A stretch of 64,000 bases of DNA from an uncultured Actinomycetota bacterium (lineage in GTDB: Bacteria > Actinomycetota > Thermoleophilia > Gaiellales > F1-60-MAGs149): the NCBI GenBank assembly GCA_963767885.1, contig CAVYFW010000014.1, positions 24,420 to 88,419 of the forward strand, written 5' to 3'. Shown here piece after piece: positions 62,816-64,000 of the stretch. The notes below the pieces were generated by a model, which was given only the letters and a program-made list of their open reading frames with translations, was not told the DNA's origin and searched no databases. The position numbers and the translations under genes were made by a program. Within the stretch, counting starts at the first letter, position 1, and each line of letters starts with the position of its first letter.

Positions 62816-64000
62816 ATGCCCTCGTCCTACGACACGATCGTGATCGGCGCCGGCCCGGGCGGCGAGGTCTGCGCCGGCGTGCTGGGGCGCGCGGGACAGC
62901 GCGTCGCGATCGTGGAGCGGGAGCTGGTGGCGGGCGAGTGCTCGTACTGGGCGTGCATGCCGACGAAGGTCCTGCTGCGCCCGCCGGAGGCGGTGGAGGG
63001 TGCGCGGCGTGCGCCCGGTGCCCGGCGGGCCGTCACGGGCGGCCCCGACGTCGCCGAGACGCTCGCCTGGCGCGACCGCATCGTGCACGGCTACGACGAC
63101 GCGGGCCAGCTGCCGTGGCTGGAGGATCGCGGCATCGAGCTCCTGCGGGGGGTCGGTCGCCTCGCCGGGCCGGGCCGCGTGCGCGTCGGCGACGTCGAGC
63201 ACACCGCCGACGCGATCGTGCTGGCGACCGGCTCGCTGCCGATCATCCCGCCGATCCCCGGCCTGCGCGACCTGGACGGCGTGTGGACGAACCGCGAGGC
63301 GACCGGCATGCGCGCCGTGCCGCGCCGCCTGCTCGTGCTGGGCGGCGGTGCGGTCGGCGTCGAGCTCGCGCAGATCGTGCGGCGACTCGGCGGCGAGGTC
63401 GCGCTGGTCGAGGGCGGGGAGCGCCTGCTCGGACGCGAGCCGCACGCCGTGGGCGAGGCGCTCGCCCAGGCCCTGGAGCGGGAGGGCATCGCGGTGCACC
63501 TCGGCCTGCACGCCGCGCAGGCCGCCCGCGACGGCGAGGACTACGTGCTGCGGCTCGAGGACGGGACGGAGCTCCGCGGCGACCGGCTCCTGGTGGCGAC
63601 CGGCCGGCGCCCGCGCGTCGAGGACCTCGGGCTGGAGACGGTCGGCATCGAGGCCGGCGAGCACGGCGTCGAGGTCGACGAGCGGCTGCGCGCGGCCGAC
63701 GGCGTGTGGGCGGTCGGCGACGTGAACGGCGTGCTGCTGTTCACCCACGTCGCCAAGTACCAGGGCCGCGTCGCGGCGAACGACATCCTGGGCCGCGGCG
63801 CCACCGCCGACTACCGCGCGGTGCCGCGCGTCGTGTTCACCGACCCGCAGGTGGCCGTGGTCGGCGTGGCCGAGGACCGCTTCTCGGCGACCGCGCCGAT
63901 GACCGGCGTGCCGCGCGCCTACACGTACGTCGACGACCCGTCGGCCGTCCCCGGCTTCCTGACGCTGGTCAGCGACGGCGAGGTGCTGACGGGCGCCCAC
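62816..64000 (+). CDS. Pyridine nucleotide-disulfide oxidoreductase (dihydrolipoamide dehydrogenase/mercuric reductase-like); runs off the window
   Basis: Manual translation: MPSSYDTIVIGAGPGG, GECSYWACMPTK (CxxxxC), LATGS, LGGGAVGVE, ATGRRP, WAVGDV, VPRVVFTDP. Confidence 0.9.
   Translation, partial: MPSSYDTIVIGAGPGGEVCAGVLGRAGQRVAIVERELVAGECSYWACMPTKVLLRPPEAVEGARRAPGARRAVTGGPDVAETLAWRDRIVHGYDDAGQLPWLEDRGIELLRGVGRLAGPGRVRVGDVEHTADAIVLATGSLPIIPPIPGLRDLDGVWTNREATGMRAVPRRLLVLGGGAVGVELAQIVRRLGGEVALVEGGERLLGREPHAVGEALAQALEREGIAVHLGLHAAQAARDGEDYVLRLEDGTELRGDRLLVATGRRPRVEDLGLETVGIEAGEHGVEVDERLRAADGVWAVGDVNGVLLFTHVAKYQGRVAANDILGRGATADYRAVPRVVFTDPQVAVVGVAEDRFSATAPMTGVPRAYTYVDDPSAVPGFLTLVSDGEVLTGAH

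Overview
Very GC-rich bacterial chromosomal segment. Gene content (fhaA-fhaB-pstP-rodA-pbpA-pknB, Prim-PolC, PdtaS/PdtaR-type pair, acVLRF1) suggests a deep-branching actinobacterium, possibly Thermoleophilia-like; this is an inference. It holds about 62 protein genes, mostly housekeeping: sufCBDSU, a cell-wall Ser/Thr-kinase cluster with ddl, htrA, dcd, gabT, xth, wecB, clpS, ABC-F, MFS transporters, an ECF sigma/anti-sigma pair, plus one tRNA-Arg(CCT). About 25 genes, including normally essential ones, are broken by small frameshifts, which most likely reflect long-read consensus errors, so many long ORFs in the track are artefacts. No CRISPR array, integrase, transposase or prophage was found. 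The most notable unexplained features are: (1) an apparently independent ~220-nt structured minus-strand transcript at 20583-20805, with promoter and terminator, a 15-nt complement to the 16S rRNA 3' end and a 13-codon micro-ORF; (2) a ~300-nt nested-palindrome element inserted in frame between rodA and pbpA; (3) two paralogous stand-alone degenerate BRCT-like proteins sharing a PSxLGxIxxLHxxH motif; (4) an acVLRF1 lacking the catalytic Gln, next to the tRNA; (5) pervasive leaderless gene architecture. All product calls come from motif recognition by eye, with no database searches.
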